Numbered from the whole stretch's first letter, positions 49,174 to 60,461 are shown. The stretch: DNA of 62,640 nt, filler included, from 8 parts of 8 records of this genome joined end to end with filler, not necessarily neighbours in it; one strand, 5' to 3'. Notes: generated from the sequence alone by a model not told the origin. A program made the numbers and translations.

Positions 49174-50247
49174 TTATTCAATCCGCTCAACCCATCCGTA
49201 TGGATCGGGTTTTTTTCCGTACTGAATCTCAACGATTTCATCGTAGAGTTTTTGGCTCAAGTCTCCCATTTTGCCGCCTGCCACCACATAATCGTGACCT
49301 TTGAAAGTGATTTGTCCCACCGGAGAAATCACAGCCGCCGTACCGGTGCCGAAGGCTTCCTGAAGCCTGCCGTTTTCAGCCGCCGCAATCACTTCATCGA
49401 TGGGAAGGGACCGCTCCGTCATTTTAAGGCCCCAGTCCTTAACGATCCGGATGACGGAATCCCGGGTGACCCCCGGCAGAATACTGCCGTTCAGCGGTGC
49501 GGTGATCACTTCGTCATCAATGCGGAAGAACATATTCATGGTGCCCACTTCTTCAACGTATTTTCTCTCCGCCGCATCCAGCCAGAGCACCTGGGTGAAC
49601 CCTTTTTTCTTGGCTTCTTCGGCAGCCAGAAGACTGGCCGCATAATTGGCCGCCGTCTTGGCTTCACCGGTTCCGCCGATGGCCGCCCGGACAAAAAAGT
49701 CTTCCACATAGATCTTAACGGGGTTCAATCCTTCCTTGTAATAGGCACCCACCGGACCGATAATAATGAAGAACAGATAGGTGTTTGCCGGACGAACGCC
49801 CAGATGCGGTTCAGTGGCGATCATGGTGGGCCGAATGTAAAGTGAGGTCCCGGGGCTTCGGGGAATCCAGTCTTTGTCCAGAAGGATCAATTGTTTCATC
49901 CCTTCCATGGCCTGGGAAATATCCACCTCGGGCATGCAGAGGCGAACGGCCGAGCGGTTAAGTCGCTCGAAATTTTCCTTGGCCCTGAAAAGCCCGATGC
50001 CGCCATCTGCTATTCCGTAAGCTTTGAGACCTTCGAAAATTTCCTGTCCATAATGGAGGCTCATGGCCGCCGGATCAATGGACAGGGGGCCGTAAGGTTC
50101 AATGCGTGGATTGAACCATCCCTTTGAAACGTCATGATCCATCAGGAATATGTGATCCGTCGTGATGTCACCAAAGCCCAGTTGAGATTCATCCGTTGGT
50201 TTCGGTTTCAGTTGATCGGGCGTCGCCGCTGCAATTGTTATATCCAT
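49174..50247 (-). CDS. ilvE: Branched-chain amino acid aminotransferase
   Basis: LHYGQEIFEGLKAY, SLYIRP, AKTAANY, EEVGTMN, ILPGVTRDS, GTAAVISPV. Confidence 0.96.
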   Translation of the reverse strand: MDITIAAATPDQLKPKPTDESQLGFGDITTDHIFLMDHDVSKGWFNPRIEPYGPLSIDPAAMSLHYGQEIFEGLKAYGIADGGIGLFRAKENFERLNRSAVRLCMPEVDISQAMEGMKQLILLDKDWIPRSPGTSLYIRPTMIATEPHLGVRPANTYLFFIIIGPVGAYYKEGLNPVKIYVEDFFVRAAIGGTGEAKTAANYAASLLAAEEAKKKGFTQVLWLDAAERKYVEEVGTMNMFFRIDDEVITAPLNGSILPGVTRDSVIRIVKDWGLKMTERSLPIDEVIAAAENGRLQEAFGTGTAAVISPVGQITFKGHDYVVAGGKMGDLSQKLYDEIVEIQYGKKPDPYGWVERIE

Positions 50248-50349
50248 CGTTTTCTCCTTAATTTACATCAGATCATGAAACGGTTGATTCATAGCACATA
50301 CCACGGACAAACACAAGCGGGCCGCCCCTAAAAAGTCTAATCCCTTGAA

Positions 50350-51459
50350 TTAGATTGTGATCAACTCGTATTTGCGGCTGCCCAGCCCGATATGTTCCCC
50401 ATGATCCAGTTGAAAGGTCCAGTCGACTTTGGGATATACGGCACGAAATTTATCTTCCCCCGGCTTCAGACCTTTCTTGAGGCATGATGCCGCGGCCCCG
50501 GTCTGCTGGTTTACCAGGTCCACCGAAGCCTGATCAATGGCAACGGGATCTTTTGAAGCCACAATGCCCACATCATGAACAATGGGCGCGTCACTGTGCC
50601 CGTAGCAATCGCAGGCGGGAGAAATATCCGTCAAAAAATTCAGAAAAAAGGATCCTTCTTCTTTCCCCTTGAGCGCGGCTAGGGCGTACTCCGTCATCTT
50701 TTTTTGAAGAAGTGGAACATCCGTATTCCAACGGACATCTATGGCGCCGTTGGGGCAAATGAGGATGCATTCGCCACAACCCACGCATTTTTCAGAATTT
50801 ATGAATGCCTTTTTCTCCATAAAAGATATGGCTTTGCCGGCACAATGACGCGCACAATCCCCACAGGCGACACACTTTTTCTTTTTGACCTTTGGGGATA
50901 ATTCAGAGTGCTGGGCCATTTTTCCTTTTCTCGAAGCACATCCCATCCCTAAATTTTTGATGGTTCCGCCAAAACCGGAAAGTTCGTGCCCCTTAAAGTG
51001 AGCCACACTGATCAACCCGTCGGCTTCAGCAATATCCCCGGCAATATAGGCCCTTTGGATAAACGCCTGATTGATTTCGACCTCCTTATAAGAAGCGCCT
51101 CGAATCCCGTCAGCGATAATGACGGGCGCGTTCACCACTGAGTATGCGAATCCGTTTGAAACGGCCGTATGCAGGTGGGAAACGCTGTCCCCGCGGGTTC
51201 CCGCGTAGAGCGTATTGGCGTCGGTCAAAAACGGATTTGCCCCCAGCCCTTCAACCCGGTCCACAATTGTCCTCAGGAAAGTGGGGCGAATAAAGGCGGA
51301 ATTTCCCTTTTCACCGAAGTGCAATTTGATGGCCACCAGACCTCTTTCGGTTATCGTATCATCCATTTCGGCCGCATCCAGAAGCCGGTTTAATTTTAGA
51401 AAAATATTCTCTTTAAAAGAGGTCCTGAGGTCTGAAAAATACACCTTGCTTACCGTCAT
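50350..51459 (-). CDS. DUF362 protein with a 2x[4Fe-4S] ferredoxin domain
   Basis: IKLHFGEKGN, HFKGH, CVACGDC and CVGCGEC motifs, CDC. Confidence 0.88.
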   Translation of the reverse strand: MTVSKVYFSDLRTSFKENIFLKLNRLLDAAEMDDTITERGLVAIKLHFGEKGNSAFIRPTFLRTIVDRVEGLGANPFLTDANTLYAGTRGDSVSHLHTAVSNGFAYSVVNAPVIIADGIRGASYKEVEINQAFIQRAYIAGDIAEADGLISVAHFKGHELSGFGGTIKNLGMGCASRKGKMAQHSELSPKVKKKKCVACGDCARHCAGKAISFMEKKAFINSEKCVGCGECILICPNGAIDVRWNTDVPLLQKKMTEYALAALKGKEEGSFFLNFLTDISPACDCYGHSDAPIVHDVGIVASKDPVAIDQASVDLVNQQTGAAASCLKKGLKPGEDKFRAVYPKVDWTFQLDHGEHIGLGSRKYELITI

Positions 51460-51618
51460 TGCTTTTCCTCCCAATGTAATATTAGAGCCCTATGGCCTAG
51501 GGCCAAAGAACGGATTTTTCATTGACAAACATACGGTACTGGATTATTTGTTTAGACTCAAGTTTTATGGTGAATCTATTGTCCAATGGATGCTAGGCAT
51601 CTTCGAAAAGATAACAGA

Positions 51619-52239
51619 ATGAACGGAAAAGTTTTTTTTGCCGGTATCGGTTTTGTGGTACTCCTGTCGGTTTTCTTTGGGAATGCATTTGCCGAGGCGC
51701 CCAAAGGTATATTGAGCATTGAAGCTTATGATATGCTGAATACGGTCCCCGACACCTACCTTATTGATGTCAGGACAAGGCCTGAATATCAGCTCGTTGG
51801 CCACCCCATCAACGCCTATCTGTTCCCGTACATGTTTTGGACCACCAAACTCAAAAAAGAGGATGGTCGGTATGAATATGGCATGAATAAAAAGAACAGG
51901 GCCTTTTTAAAGGAGGTCAGCAAGGTCTTTAAAAAATCGGATAACCTGCTGATTCTTTCCAGGGATGGCACGAGAAGTGCCCTTGCTGCAAAGGAACTTC
52001 TGGATGCCGGTTATCAAAAAGTTTATGAAGTAAAAGACGGTTTTGAAGGAGCTGAATTTCCGGTCTTCAAAGACAACCACAAAAACAAGTTTTATCGTCA
52101 GCTTGCAAAAAGGAATAAAATCCACAGTTTTAATCACAGACGACACTATGGGTGGCAATGGTGGGGGCTCCCCTGGACCTATGCAATAGATCCCAAGTTT
52201 GCATATCCCCCGGATCTGGCGCCATCTAAAAGGAAATAG
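51619..52239 (+). CDS. Exported rhodanese-like protein lacking the active-site Cys
   Basis: Signal peptide (AFA), IDVRTRPEY...GHP, ILSRDGTRS loop, DGFEG, GW...GLPWTY; start may be 51586. Confidence 0.8.
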   Translation: MNGKVFFAGIGFVVLLSVFFGNAFAEAPKGILSIEAYDMLNTVPDTYLIDVRTRPEYQLVGHPINAYLFPYMFWTTKLKKEDGRYEYGMNKKNRAFLKEVSKVFKKSDNLLILSRDGTRSALAAKELLDAGYQKVYEVKDGFEGAEFPVFKDNHKNKFYRQLAKRNKIHSFNHRRHYGWQWWGLPWTYAIDPKFAYPPDLAPSKRK

Positions 52240-52250
52240 GGAGGAATGAA

Positions 52251-52433
52251 ATGAATTCTCAAGGACTGATTGATTTGATGAACCAGGTAGAAGAAAAAGG
52301 GATGGATTGGGACACGGTAACGGAAAAGATTAGAATTCCCTATCAGGTGCTTTCTCTCTATTCCAATTCCGGGCCGGTGCCGGTCACCATCGAGAAGAAT
52401 TTGAAAAAGTTGTTGGAAGAACCCGAAGCCTAA
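52251..52433 (+). CDS. Small hypothetical protein (60 aa)
   Basis: Strong GGAGG RBS, amphipathic helices, operonic position before trxA. Confidence 0.7.
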   Translation: MNSQGLIDLMNQVEEKGMDWDTVTEKIRIPYQVLSLYSNSGPVPVTIEKNLKKLLEEPEA

Positions 52434-52487
52434 ACGTCGGATAAAATAAAAGGGCCCGCCGGCCCGGGTTCGACTGGAAGGAGATAA

Positions 52488-52814
52488 ATGATGGCTGATG
52501 TATTGCAAGTCACCGATGCGGATTTTGAGCAGGAAATCATCAAGTCGGAAATACCGGTTATGGTTGATTTCTGGGCGGAGTGGTGCGGTCCCTGTAAAAT
52601 TGTAGGGCCGACCGTTGAAGAGTTGGCAAAGGACTATGCCGGTAAGGTGAAGATCGTTAAAATGGATGTGGACAGCAACCGTGAAACGCCCACACGATTC
52701 GGTATCAGAAATATTCCCACCCTCATCCTTTTTAAAAATGGCGAAGTTTTTCAAACCATTGTGGGGGCTCATCCCAAAAGTCGCCTTGAAGAGGAACTCA
52801 ATAAACTTCTCTAG
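52488..52814 (+). CDS. trxA: Thioredoxin
   Basis: WAEWCGPC and IPTL motifs. Confidence 0.97.
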   Translation: MMADVLQVTDADFEQEIIKSEIPVMVDFWAEWCGPCKIVGPTVEELAKDYAGKVKIVKMDVDSNRETPTRFGIRNIPTLILFKNGEVFQTIVGAHPKSRLEEELNKLL

Positions 52815-52834
52815 CAGAGGACGAAACAGACCGC

Positions 52835-52867
52835 AACCCGCCCGAAAAGGAAGGGGCGGGTTTTTTT
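52835..52867 (+). terminator. Intrinsic terminator between trxA and trxB
   Basis: AACCCGCCC...GGGCGGGTTTTTTT. Confidence 0.7.
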
Positions 52868-52888
52868 ATTCGGGAGCAACAAAGTAAC

Positions 52889-53803
52889 ATGGAAGATCTT
52901 ATCATCATCGGCGCAGGACCAGCCGGTCTCACTGCGGGTTTATATGCATCAAGGGCTCGCCTCAAAACTGTTTTGCTTGAAAAACTGGCGCCGGGAGGCC
53001 AGATTCTTACCACGGATTTTGTTGAAAATTATCCGGGTTTTCCAGAGGGCCTCTCCGGGTTTGAACTGGTGGATCGCATGAAGCGTCAGGCGGAGAATTT
53101 CGGTCTGAAAATTGAAGGGAAAGAGGTGGTCCGCCTTGAATTGACGCCGGAAAAAAGGATGGTTTTTACGGATAAGGAGGCCATGGAAACAAAGGCCTTG
53201 ATCCTGACCACCGGCGCATCGCCCCGGAAACTGGGGATTGAAGGGGAGGGTCTTCTGACGGGCAAAGGGGTTTCCTATTGTGCCACCTGCGACGGGCCTT
53301 TTTACAGGGACCAGGAAGTTGCGGTCATCGGTGGTGGTGATACCGCCGTGGAAGAAGCTATTTTTCTGACCAAGTTCGCCAGTCGTGTTCACCTGGTGCA
53401 CCGGCGGGATGAACTGCGGGCAACAAAATTGCTTCAGGAGCGTATCAAAGCCGCTCGGAAGGTGAACCTGGTATGGGATTCGGTGCCGACCCGGATCCTT
53501 GGGCAAGCCGGTGTTGAAGCACTTGAGCTCAAAAATGTCAAAACGAACGAAATATCCACCCTTCCCGTTGAAGGGGTGTTTGTATTTATCGGGTACGACC
53601 CCAGCAATGATCTCTTGGCCGACTTGCCGCTCGATTTTGATGATTTCGGTTTCGTAAAAACGGATGAGAATATGGAAACATCCATTCCCGGCGTGTTTGC
53701 CGCGGGTGATATTCGGTCAAAGATGCTGCGGCAGGTGAGTACCGCTGTGGGGGATGGGGCTACGGCTGCTTTTGCCGCTGAACGGTTTATTGAAGGTCAT
53801 TGA
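52889..53803 (+). CDS. trxB: Thioredoxin-disulfide reductase
   Basis: GAGPAG, CATCDG, GGGDTA, HRRD, FAAGD. Confidence 0.96.
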   Translation: MEDLIIIGAGPAGLTAGLYASRARLKTVLLEKLAPGGQILTTDFVENYPGFPEGLSGFELVDRMKRQAENFGLKIEGKEVVRLELTPEKRMVFTDKEAMETKALILTTGASPRKLGIEGEGLLTGKGVSYCATCDGPFYRDQEVAVIGGGDTAVEEAIFLTKFASRVHLVHRRDELRATKLLQERIKAARKVNLVWDSVPTRILGQAGVEALELKNVKTNEISTLPVEGVFVFIGYDPSNDLLADLPLDFDDFGFVKTDENMETSIPGVFAAGDIRSKMLRQVSTAVGDGATAAFAAERFIEGH

Positions 53804-53805
53804 TT

Positions 53806-54534
53806 ATGACGATGAAAACCAGACAATCAACATGGGTGTGGGTGGTTTTGAGCATCTGCTGGCTGTTTCTTTTGAGCGGCTGCTCCCTCTGGCATGATCT
53901 GTTCGGGTCGGAAGACGAACTGACGCCGGCTGAGATCATGAGCGAGGGTATGGAGGATTTTAATGCGGGCCGATTCGAACAATCCGTCGAGACATTTCAA
54001 AAGATCAAGGATCGGTATCCTTACAGCACCTTCGCCATTACCGCGGAATTGAAAATGGCGGATGCCCTTTATGAGAGGGCAAAGTATGATGAAGCCCGCG
54101 ATGAATACGCCGAGTTTGAAAAAATGCACCCTAGAAACAAAAATGTGCCCTATGTCATTTATCAGCAGGGGATGTGCTTTTTCAATAAATCAGTCAGCAT
54201 TGACAGGGATCAATCCAATACGCTCAAGGCCAAAGAGGAATTCGAAAGGTTGATCAAACGGTTTCGCAAAAGCGATTATACGGAACAGGCCCGCAGAAAG
54301 GTGCGGGAGTGCTATGTCAAGCTGGCGGAGCATGAACTCTATGTGGGGAATTTTTATTTCAAAAAAGGCAAATACCAACCCGCCATGGACAGATATCTCT
54401 ATTTGATTGCCCATTATCCCGATGTGGGTCAGTATTACCGGGCCCTTGAATCCGTTAAAAAATGCAAGGATAAGATTAAAGAATTAAACGGGGCCGAGGA
54501 AACCTCCTGGTTACACGGTTTTCTCTACGAGTAG
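53806..54534 (+). CDS. bamD: Outer membrane assembly lipoprotein BamD
   Basis: LSGC lipobox, TPR repeats, RDQ and LAEHELYVGNFY motifs. Confidence 0.9.
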   Translation: MTMKTRQSTWVWVVLSICWLFLLSGCSLWHDLFGSEDELTPAEIMSEGMEDFNAGRFEQSVETFQKIKDRYPYSTFAITAELKMADALYERAKYDEARDEYAEFEKMHPRNKNVPYVIYQQGMCFFNKSVSIDRDQSNTLKAKEEFERLIKRFRKSDYTEQARRKVRECYVKLAEHELYVGNFYFKKGKYQPAMDRYLYLIAHYPDVGQYYRALESVKKCKDKIKELNGAEETSWLHGFLYE

Positions 54535-57040
54535 GGTTTCAAGGGATGCAATAGCATCTTCCATCTTTTCCGGTTTGTCCCCGCCCCCCTGGGCCATATC
54601 CGGACGTCCGCCCCCCTTTCCGCCAACGATACCGGACAATTCCCTGATGATTTGACCGGCGTGAAATTGACCTGTCAGATCTTTTGTCACTGCACATATG
54701 AGCATGGCCTTTCCCCTGGCTTTGGCCCCCAACAGGACAATCCCGGAACCCAGCTTGTCTTTGATCCGGTCCACCGCTTCCCGGAGTTCTTTGGGTGAAT
54801 CGGCCTCCAGTTCTTTTGCAACCACTGAAATACCGTTAATTTCTCTCATGTCCCGGAGAAGATCCGCCGATTTTTCCGCAAAAAGACGCCCTTTCAGGGA
54901 TTCGATTTCCCGTTCTTTTTCTTTGGTTTCATCCAGCAGCCGCCTGAGCCTGGGGACCACCTTGTTGGGAGAAACCTTGAGCAAAGCGGCTGTATTTTTC
55001 AGCCGCTCATCTCTTTTTTGGTCATGCCGCAATGCCGCTTCTCCCGTAAGGGCTTCAATGCGACGGATGTTGGCGGCAACAGCACTTTCGCTCTGAATGC
55101 GAAAAACGCCGATATCGCCCGTCCGTCCGGTATGGGTCCCCCCGCACAATTCAAGGCTCACCCCGTCGCCGATATCAATGATCCTGACCTTGTCCCCGTA
55201 TTTCTCTTCAAAGATGGCCATGGCCCCTGTTTTCATGGCATCTTCCTTGCTCATGATCTGTGTATTGAGTGGCAGATTTTCGCGGATACGGTCATTGACC
55301 CACCGTTCCACTTCCAACAGGTTTTCGGCGGAAACCTGGGTGAAATGGCTGAAGTCAAAACGAAGCCTGTCGGGGGCCACGCGCGATCCGGCCTGTTTGA
55401 CGTGATCCCCCAGGATTTCCCTGAGCGCCGCATGGAGCAGGTGGGTGGCGGAGTGGTTACCGGCCACCGTTATCCGATGGGGCCTGTCCACGGCCGCAGT
55501 GATCGCGTCGCCGACAGCCAGAGAGCCTTCTTCCACTCGGCCCTCATGAACAATAAGGTCCTGGCCGTACTTGAAGGTTTTTTCCACACGAAAATGGGCC
55601 GTCCCGTTTGAGATCAGGCCCACATCACCCACCTGTCCGCCCGATTCCCCGTAAAAGGGCGTTTGATCCAGTATCACCATGGCCTCGGATCCCTTTTCGA
55701 TGGAATTGACTTCCCGGTCGCCAAGCACCAGGGAAAGGATCTTTGATTCGGTTTCAAGGGTATCATAGCCACGGAAATCACTGGAAAAACCACGGGTGAG
55801 AAGATCGCGGAACGTTTTTGGAACCGCCGCTTCCCCGCTCCCTTTCCAGGATTCCTGGGAAAGCAACCGCTGTTTGCCCATGGCCTCTTTATAGCCGTCC
55901 ATGTCCACCACAAGATTTTCGTCCCGGGCCACATCTTCCACCAGGTCCACGGCCAGTCCGTAGGTGTCGTAGAGCTTGAAAACCACATCACCGGGTATGA
56001 CCGATTCGCCCTGTTCCTGAAGCCGCTGGATTTCTTCTTTCAGGACCTTCATGCTGTATTTGAGGGTATCGGCAAATCGCCGTTCTTCATTTTCCACAAC
56101 ACCCAGGATGAAGCTTCTGGCCCGAAGCAGTTCAGCGTAATCCAGGCCCATCAGATCAATCACGTGATTGCAGACCGAGCAAAGGAAAATTTCTTCAAGG
56201 CCTAAGGCTTGTCCGAATCGGCTGGCACGCCTGATAATGCGTCTCAACACATATCCCCGCCCCTCGTTGGACGGCATGATGCCGTCACCGATGAGGAAGG
56301 AAACCGCACGGGCATGATCGCTTATGACCCTAAACGCCACATCCATTCGGTTGTCGCCGCCGTATTGTTTATTTGAGAGGGACTCGATGTGGGCGATAAT
56401 ATCCCTGAACAGGTCGGTGTCATAATTGCTTTTGACGCCCTGAATGACCGCTGCCAGTCGTTCAAGGCCCATTCCCGTGTCGATATTGGGTTTGGGCAGT
56501 GGCGTGAGGATGCCGTCCGGACTTCGGTCAAACTGTGTAAAGACCAGATTCCAGATTTCAAGATAACGGTCACAGTCGCACCCGGGTGCACAGCCGGGCT
56601 GGCCGCATCCCACCGACGGTCCCTGATCGATATGAATTTCAGAGCAAGGGCCGCAGGGTCCCGTATCCCCCATGGCCCAGAAATTGTCTTTTTCGCCCAG
56701 CCTCACGATGCGATCCGCCGGCAGGCCGATCTCTTTTTGCCAGATGTCGTGGGCTTCGTCATCATCCTCAAAGATGGAGACATGCAGTTTGTCGGCCGGA
56801 AGATGATACCCTTCCGTCAGCAGTTCCCAGGCCCATTGAACGGCTTCTTCCTTGAAGTAATCGCCAAAGGAGAAATTTCCCAGCATTTCGAAAAACGTAT
56901 GGTGCCTGGGCGTGTAGCCCACGTTTTCCAGATCGTTATGTTTCCCGCCGGCCCGAACGCATTTCTGAGCCGTGGTCGCCCTGGTATAACCCACGTCTTC
57001 CCCTAAAAAGGCCCCTTTAAACTGGACCATGCCCGCATTG
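54511..57040 (-). CDS. alaS: Alanine--tRNA ligase, 5' truncated
   Basis: NAGMVQFK, HHTFFEMLGNFSFGDYFK, HSATHLLH, ELCGGTH, GGKGGG. Confidence 0.97.
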
Positions 57041-57140
57041 NNNNNNNNNNNNNNNNNNNNNNNNNNNNNNNNNNNNNNNNNNNNTTAATTAATTAANNNN
57101 NNNNNNNNNNNNNNNNNNNNNNNNNNNNNNNNNNNNNNNN
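57041..57140. other. Artificial contig spacer
   Basis: N44-TTAATTAATTAA-N44. Confidence 0.98.
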
Positions 57141-58145
57141 TTTATTAAAAGAATAGAACTTGATCCGCAAAAGATAATAACTTATGTGGATGCACTTTCA
57201 GCATCCGGTATTCGTGGACTTCGGATCGCAAACGAGACTGGCATCCATACTACTCTCAATGACTGGAGTGAAGACGCCTGCGAGCTTATACAACAGAACA
57301 TTGAAAAACTTGATATTGGCAAAAAGGCAGTTGCCAGCCATAAGAATGCAAATGTCCTGCTTCACGAGAAACATTTCAATATAGTGGACCTTGATCCCTT
57401 TGGGACTCCGGCACCTTTTCTTGCAGCTGCAGCACGCTCTGTAGTAAATCTGCTCGCTGTTACAGCAACTGATACTGCTCCCCTGTGTGGAGCACATCTG
57501 AATTCAGGCATCAGGAAATATTCAGCTATTCCGTTTAATAATGAATATCACAGTGAAATGGGAGTACGCATATTGCTTGGAAAGATTGCCAGGGAACTAT
57601 CCTTACACGATAAAGCCATGACTCCGCTACTATCACATGCAACGAGGCACTATGTACGTACATACCTTGAGATTAAAAAAGGCGCTAAAAAAGCAGACGA
57701 GATGCTAAAGAATCTAGGGTTCATTGCACACTGCCCTGCATGTGGGCAAATAGAAGCAATCAACGGACTTGCTCCTGCTATCAATGAGAAATGCAGCAAT
57801 TGCAATGAGAAAAACATAATCGCAGGTCCACTGTGGCTTGGAAAATTGCATGATCCGGGTTTTTGCATTGAAACCATTGAGGAACTTGTGGAACGCGACA
57901 GCAATAGTAAAGAAGCGGCTGTCAAAATGCTTGAGTTCTGTCGGGATGAACTTGAAATACCTATGTTCTACGACCAGCACCTGATATGTAAGAAACTGGG
58001 AGTATCGGCATCGGTGATTGACAGAGTAATCCAGGAACTTAAAAATAAAGGCTTCCAGGCTTCAAGAACACATTTTAGCGGGACTTCGTTTAAAACCAGT
58101 GCAAAAATAGGAGATATTGAAACAATTATCTCTGGTATCCGATAG
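57141..58145 (+). CDS. trm1: tRNA (guanine26-N2)-dimethyltransferase, 5' truncated
   Basis: [40 protein letters not shown]. Confidence 0.93.
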   Translation, partial: FIKRIELDPQKIITYVDALSASGIRGLRIANETGIHTTLNDWSEDACELIQQNIEKLDIGKKAVASHKNANVLLHEKHFNIVDLDPFGTPAPFLAAAARSVVNLLAVTATDTAPLCGAHLNSGIRKYSAIPFNNEYHSEMGVRILLGKIARELSLHDKAMTPLLSHATRHYVRTYLEIKKGAKKADEMLKNLGFIAHCPACGQIEAINGLAPAINEKCSNCNEKNIIAGPLWLGKLHDPGFCIETIEELVERDSNSKEAAVKMLEFCRDELEIPMFYDQHLICKKLGVSASVIDRVIQELKNKGFQASRTHFSGTSFKTSAKIGDIETIISGIR

Positions 58146-58251
58146 AAATATATACTATTTTTATTCTAATGATATATATTAAAATATATAATTCAAAGTA
58201 TCATGATACTTTCAAATCAAGGGTTCAAAGTACTTGTAGAGAGGATATACT

Positions 58252-58833
58252 ATGACAAAAGAATACGCTGAGCAACTTTTTTTACAGGAGAAACCAACTC
58301 TTGCACTTCTGGCCATATGGTCCTTTCAAAAAACATATGCATCAGTGATTACAAAAGAAATAAACTCAACTTTTGCTCACACAACAAAGATACTGTCAAA
58401 AATGGAAGAATACGGCCTTGTACAATTTTCAGTTGAGGGACGGGTCAAATATGTAGAGCTGACCGACCATGGATTCATGGTAGTTGATGCCCTCAAAAGT
58501 CTTATCATGGCAATTGAAGGTGAAACAGCTGAGAGTCTTGAAGCCAAGGAAAAAGAAGAGTCGGACGTTGAAGCCGTGGCAAGTTCAGATGATGAAAGAA
58601 AGCTCACAAAAGACCATGTTGACAGATTGCACGAGCAGGTATTATCAACATATACCGATCTTTTCGATAAGAGTTCAGAACCCCAGGAAATAAAGATGAA
58701 AATTGGCCCTTTTAGCAGGGATATCCAGTTACTCTTAAATTCTATAGAAGAGAATGAAGACCTTATCGATGATGAAGGTCTGGATAAACTTGCTGAAATA
58801 CAGAATATCTTCGACCAGGTCATGAATCAATGA
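58252..58833 (+). CDS. Winged-helix (MarR-like) protein with a C-terminal helical extension
   Basis: TYASVITKEINSTFAHTTKILSKME...GRVKYVELT wHTH pattern. Confidence 0.75.
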   Translation: MTKEYAEQLFLQEKPTLALLAIWSFQKTYASVITKEINSTFAHTTKILSKMEEYGLVQFSVEGRVKYVELTDHGFMVVDALKSLIMAIEGETAESLEAKEKEESDVEAVASSDDERKLTKDHVDRLHEQVLSTYTDLFDKSSEPQEIKMKIGPFSRDIQLLLNSIEENEDLIDDEGLDKLAEIQNIFDQVMNQ

Positions 58834-58848
58834 TGAAAGGACAATAAA

Positions 58849-59535
58849 ATGGTCACTACTAAATTATTATTAAAAATATACGGAAACAAGGATAGGGCAT
58901 TTCACTCTGCAGAAGTTCTTGTTAGTAATGAATTAAAAGAACTTGATGTGTCTGCAGAGTTTTCCATATCTGAAGATAACTGGCTTGTTGCTGATATAAA
59001 GGGAGAGGATGATGAATTTGCTTCCAACTTCCTTATCCAGAAATTTGGGACACCTGTTACAAAACCAGTAGCAAATAAGGTTTATTCAGGTGTTATACGC
59101 CAGATACATGAAAAAGAACTCATTGTAGATATAGGAAGCCTTGTAACAATTCCTCAAAAGAACCTTACTATTCTTGGAAGTGGAACGGCAAGACAAGTTG
59201 CTACCCGCTTTGGTCTTCTAAGACATCTGCCTGTAAAGATAGAGATAACAGATGAGAAAGCAAGACAGGGTACTTTCACAAAGGAACAGGCAGATATATG
59301 GTGGAACTGGAAAAAATCAGGACAGGACAGGGTAATTGCTAATTCTGTTACGCGCTCAGAGCTTAAGGCAGCCATCAAAAAGACAGGCCATTCAAGAGAC
59401 ATCTATGGTATTGAAAGGCTTGGTCTCATGGAACATATAATTACCTGCAGGGAAAACACCGACGGACCTGGAATTGTTGCTGCTATTGGCAGGCTTGTTA
59501 ATGGTGAACTTGGAGTTGTCAGGGCTTCAAATTAA
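58849..59535 (+). CDS. DUF2110-type archaeal protein (OB/S1-like)
   Basis: KIYGNKDRA N-terminus, GHSRDI..IERLGLMEH and TDGPGIVAAIG. Confidence 0.7.
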   Translation: MVTTKLLLKIYGNKDRAFHSAEVLVSNELKELDVSAEFSISEDNWLVADIKGEDDEFASNFLIQKFGTPVTKPVANKVYSGVIRQIHEKELIVDIGSLVTIPQKNLTILGSGTARQVATRFGLLRHLPVKIEITDEKARQGTFTKEQADIWWNWKKSGQDRVIANSVTRSELKAAIKKTGHSRDIYGIERLGLMEHIITCRENTDGPGIVAAIGRLVNGELGVVRASN

Positions 59536-59557
59536 AAAATAGCACTTACGAATATAG

Positions 59558-60298
59558 TTAAAGTATTACCATCTGGAAATGGCATGCATCGCAGTTGTCA
59601 TCGCATTTGCCAAGCATCTGCATCACGCATTCCATACCCAGCTTTTCCCTGAAGATACCTTCAAAGACCCCCTGGGCAAAAGAACATAATGTTTTTTCCT
59701 CAATGGGTATAGACCTGCAATCCAGGAAGTTATGAACAGCAATCTTTATTGGCTCCTTGCTTAAAATTGTGAAACTTCCAACATCGTGTTCTTCCCAGAA
59801 GTTCATCATCTCATCAATAATACTTCCCATATCATTGGAGCTGAAGTTCCTTGAAATGCTGGCGCCTACATCGTTGCCTATCTTTCTCATAATAGGATCA
59901 CAGTTTACACCATGAGCACGGAAACCATATTGTACAGCGTGAAAGAGGCATTTGATACAGCCAAATGAATTCACTTCATTGGAACTAATCAGATCGAGCA
60001 TTTCCGTATAATGTTTCATACCAGGTTCCTGGGAACATGCAACGTACTGACAATTTAATGAATAGACCTTTTTCCTTTTGTCATTGCAATCGACCGCCTC
60101 TTCAAGAAGACTTTGTGTCTTAAGGTCATTGAGATGGACAGAAATTGTGGATTTAGCCTTTCCTGTATGCTGAACAATCTCATCAAAAGACCTGCAGCCA
60201 CCTTTAAGAAACTCGAGTATCTTTATCTTTACAGAACCATTAAGAGCAATAACTCCAATATCAGTGGAAAAAATAGCTGTGTTGTCTCCGTTGTTCAT
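59558..60298 (-). CDS. ArsR-type wHTH + V4R regulator (MsvR-like)
   Basis: SFDEIVQHTGKAKSTISVHLNDL HTH; Cys-rich V4R domain (LDC...LCSF...KCDDNCDACHF). Confidence 0.82.
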   Translation of the reverse strand: MNNGDNTAIFSTDIGVIALNGSVKIKILEFLKGGCRSFDEIVQHTGKAKSTISVHLNDLKTQSLLEEAVDCNDKRKKVYSLNCQYVACSQEPGMKHYTEMLDLISSNEVNSFGCIKCLFHAVQYGFRAHGVNCDPIMRKIGNDVGASISRNFSSNDMGSIIDEMMNFWEEHDVGSFTILSKEPIKIAVHNFLDCRSIPIEEKTLCSFAQGVFEGIFREKLGMECVMQMLGKCDDNCDACHFQMVIL

Positions 60299-60332
60299 GC
60301 AATATTGAATATTGCAGCAATGTATTTAAATG

Positions 60333-60348
60333 TTCGCTGTTTAACGAA
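60333..60348. promoter_or_regulatory. MsvR-type operator TTCG-N8-CGAA next to the TATA box
   Basis: TTCGCTGTTTAACGAA lies immediately upstream of the minus-strand TTTAAATA box (60323-60330). Confidence 0.65.
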
Positions 60349-60461
60349 TGATTTATAAATTGACAATCATAACCAGTCTGCAGAATTTTACAGTAGCAAG
60401 TCACTTATTTAGCATAATTGAGTACAGTACAATCAAAAATACGCGGCAGAACAGGAAGATC

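Noticed and set aside
51958..51960. Possible selenocysteine at the rhodanese active site
   Set aside because: The codon is TCC (Ser), not TGA.
58143..58145. trm1 TAG stop as pyrrolysine read-through in a methanogen
   Set aside because: The protein appears complete, and read-through would add only a few residues before TAA.
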